64,000 nt of DNA, from positions 31,372,001 through 31,436,000 of the forward strand of contig NC_043015.1 in assembly GCF_006345805.1 (NCBI RefSeq), read 5' to 3'. Origin of the DNA: Octopus sinensis (Eukaryota). The notes under the pieces were generated by a model that did not search any database, was not told the DNA's origin, and saw only the letters and a list, made by a program, of their open reading frames with translations. Below are positions 62,501 through 64,000 of the stretch, one piece after another; position 1 is the first letter of the stretch; each line of letters starts with the position of its first letter. The position numbers and the translations under genes were made by a program.

Positions 62501-63646
62501 GAACTGTATGAATGTTGAAATGAAATGCTTTGAGGTACTTCTTCTGAGTTCAATTTCTGCTATGGTTTACACAGGTACTAGACATAATCTGTTGCTCAGG
62601 TTAATCCTACTTCCTGGCACTTTGAGTACCTTTAACAAAGTCTACTCTATTGCTAGCTTTTGAGTCAGGTCTCTGGTTCGAGGATATCCCCCTCCTTTGC
62701 CTTCTACAAATCTTTGAGCCTCTGTAAAAGACCATGGGCCCTATCTTTCCTCCTGACTAAAAGATAAAAAATATATAATCGATTAAATTTTTACTTTAAT
62801 AATTAAAATAAAAAAAAAACCTCACTGCTATATTGCTTTTTTCTTCTTTAGTCTGTAGGTACTCCAGCACTGCACAAGAAAGACGAGAGAGTCTTGGATG
62901 GTGAGCAGAACAATTCAGTGATGGCCAACAGAGTTGAGGAAAGGGAAACGATTGATGACATTACTGCCTGCCATTCTCTTCAGCCAACCGTGGTTATTGA
63001 AGGGATAAGTAAGACCAGTTCTAACAGTCGCTCACTGGAAACAGACTCTTTGACAGCTGAAAGTAGTCAGTTGAAAGATGATGATTTCAATCGTACTTTT
63101 GAAGCTGCTGACAACCCAGACAGTCCCACCTGGTCGGCAGATGCTACCTCTCCTACACTGAACTGCAACAGTGTACCCAAACCCAACACATTGTCCTACA
63201 TTAAATCCCCTTTAAAACAGTTTAATTCGTTTGGCATAAAAGATTCTGAGCGTCGAATATTGTTTGAGAAGAAACTGAATGTGAATAAAAAAGATGTTGG
63301 AAGAAGCCGCATTTCAAATGTTCATTCTAAACTCAAGCCAAACATGAAATCTGATCAGAACTCTAAATCTGCAAAGCTGGATTTGTATTTCAGTAAAAAA
63401 GACACTAACCACCATTCCAGCAACTATTTCGATGATGCTAAAGATCTCACAGAAGAACAGGATAGATTGTTTGCATTAGCACTCCAGAAACAATACGATC
63501 TAGAAGTCAAACTTTCCTCAACAGTAAACCGTTCCAAAGGTACATCAGACGGGTACAAGTTGAGGGCAAAGAACGAAACATCGACCAACGACAAACGCAA
63601 AAGGAGCTCAAGCAACGAGAGAGCCTCCAAAAAAGCAAAAACTTAA
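47421..63646 (+). CDS. RNF168: RNF168-like RING E3 ubiquitin ligase (DNA double-strand-break signalling), spliced; exons 47421-47697, 59934-60007, 60656-60811, 62852-63646 (1302 nt, 433 aa)
   Basis: C3HC4 RING with CPIC...EPVTLPCKHELC...SLCCPMCRTRISSW, then PGEIREEYE, DEELARQL (MIU1) and EEQDRLFALALQKQYD...NRSKGTSDGYKLR (MIU2-LRM), in the RNF168 order. An in-frame stop lies upstream at 47340. Junction phases are 1, 0, 0. Confidence 0.9.
48360..48845. repeat. 40-42-bp minisatellite, about 12 units
   Basis: Unit resembles ATATAAGCGTGTATATGCGTATGTAGA(C/G)AT(AT)AAACA(C/T)ATAC. Confidence 0.9.
48960..49760 (+). mobile_element. RTE-clade LINE remnant
   Basis: Decayed KNECWLAKI...RRVYESIMTIYG and FIAFVDL*KAFGMVNKELW (RT motif). 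Confidence 0.65.
51942..52156. mobile_element. piggyBac-like MITE (abundant family)
   Basis: TTAA|CCCTTTAGCAT...ATGCTAAAGGG|TTAA. Other copies at about 56386-56608, 20690-20905, 28320-28500 and 6900-7057. Confidence 0.8.
52195..52450 (-). mobile_element. RTE LINE RT fragment
   Basis: MRFRFVPRKGTTNAFFLMGQIQEKFLAK, corresponding to the RTE MQFGF..GRGTTDAIF motif. Confidence 0.75.
54330..56050 (-). mobile_element. RTE LINE remnant (APE endonuclease to start of RT)
   Basis: FYQDLEKVLAHKSTYTIVMEDL (endonuclease motif region) and further decayed ORF pieces toward RT. Confidence 0.7.
57728..58480 (+). mobile_element. L1/Tx1-clade LINE ORF2 3' fragment
   Basis: 220-codon ORF with CPRC...ETVLH zinc knuckle (last Cys replaced by Arg) and AKEVVWRIR. 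Confidence 0.75.
59934..60007 (+). CDS. RNF168: RNF168-like exon 2 (FQPPRLQLAEPGEIREEYEKAVKK)
   Basis: Polypyrimidine tract plus tag acceptor; gtaatt donor; phase matches exon 1. Confidence 0.88.
60656..60811 (+). CDS. RNF168: RNF168-like exon 3 (UMI/MIU1 region)
   Basis: EEEASVALLNSLREEEE...KKDEELARQLE; ttcag acceptor, gttagc donor. Confidence 0.9.
60820..61206 (-). mobile_element. SINE-like repeat inserted immediately after the RNF168 exon 3 donor
   Basis: Reverse complement of the 43725-44100 family. Confidence 0.8.
62852..63646 (+). CDS. RNF168: RNF168-like terminal exon (low-complexity linker, MIU2, LR motif)
   Basis: 265-codon open frame after the tttag acceptor at 62851 (phase 0). 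Confidence 0.88.
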   Translation, partial: SVGTPALHKKDERVLDGEQNNSVMANRVEERETIDDITACHSLQPTVVIEGISKTSSNSRSLETDSLTAESSQLKDDDFNRTFEAADNPDSPTWSADATSPTLNCNSVPKPNTLSYIKSPLKQFNSFGIKDSERRILFEKKLNVNKKDVGRSRISNVHSKLKPNMKSDQNSKSAKLDLYFSKKDTNHHSSNYFDDAKDLTEEQDRLFALALQKQYDLEVKLSSTVNRSKGTSDGYKLRAKNETSTNDKRKRSSSNERASKKAKT

Positions 63647-64000
63647 AAAAAGAAACCCTGGAAGAACGAGTGAACATGAGTACTTGGACATGTCTCAGAA
63701 AGAGCTCACAATTGGTGGATGACAGCACTGATTAAAAAAAAATCAACTGAAGAGTTTTCTTCACTTCCACATTGTAAAAAAAAAAAAACTAGATTGGGTC
63801 AGATTCAGTTGATTTCCAGAGGAAAAAAAAAAAAACCAACCTTTTCTTTGCACTTTTATTCCATCTTCCAGAAGAATGAAAATGACAGAAACAACAATAA
63901 AATGTTATATTTTGTATTTATTTCTTAAGAAATGTCACGTTTGTATTTTTATTTTATTTTATTATTATTTTTCTGGTAATTTTGAAAATGAATGAACTTC

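Overview
AT-rich, microsatellite- and transposon-dense eukaryotic genomic DNA. The SINE/MITE/RTE-tail repeats look like octopus (coleoid cephalopod) families; this is my recognition, not a search result. Two spliced + strand genes can be rebuilt by hand with GT-AG junctions and consistent phases. (1) eIF4A DEAD-box helicase: 10 coding exons, 11223-31768, about 403 aa. (2) RNF168-like RING E3 ligase: 4 exons, 47421-63646, about 433 aa, with RING, UMI/MIU1 and MIU2-LRM. Most other tracked ORFs are microsatellite or repeat artefacts, or decayed transposon fragments (CR1, RTE, L1/Tx1, Tc1, mariner, Gypsy, hAT/pogo/piggyBac MITEs, one Helitron). No prokaryote-type system or CRISPR array is present. 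The most interesting unexplained signals lie in eIF4A introns: a twin ~250-nt element flanking exon 5 with apparently compensatory hairpins, a ~140-bp near-perfect foldback, and a partial H/ACA snoRNA-like fold. None is proven from sequence alone. TE boundaries are approximate unless termini are quoted.
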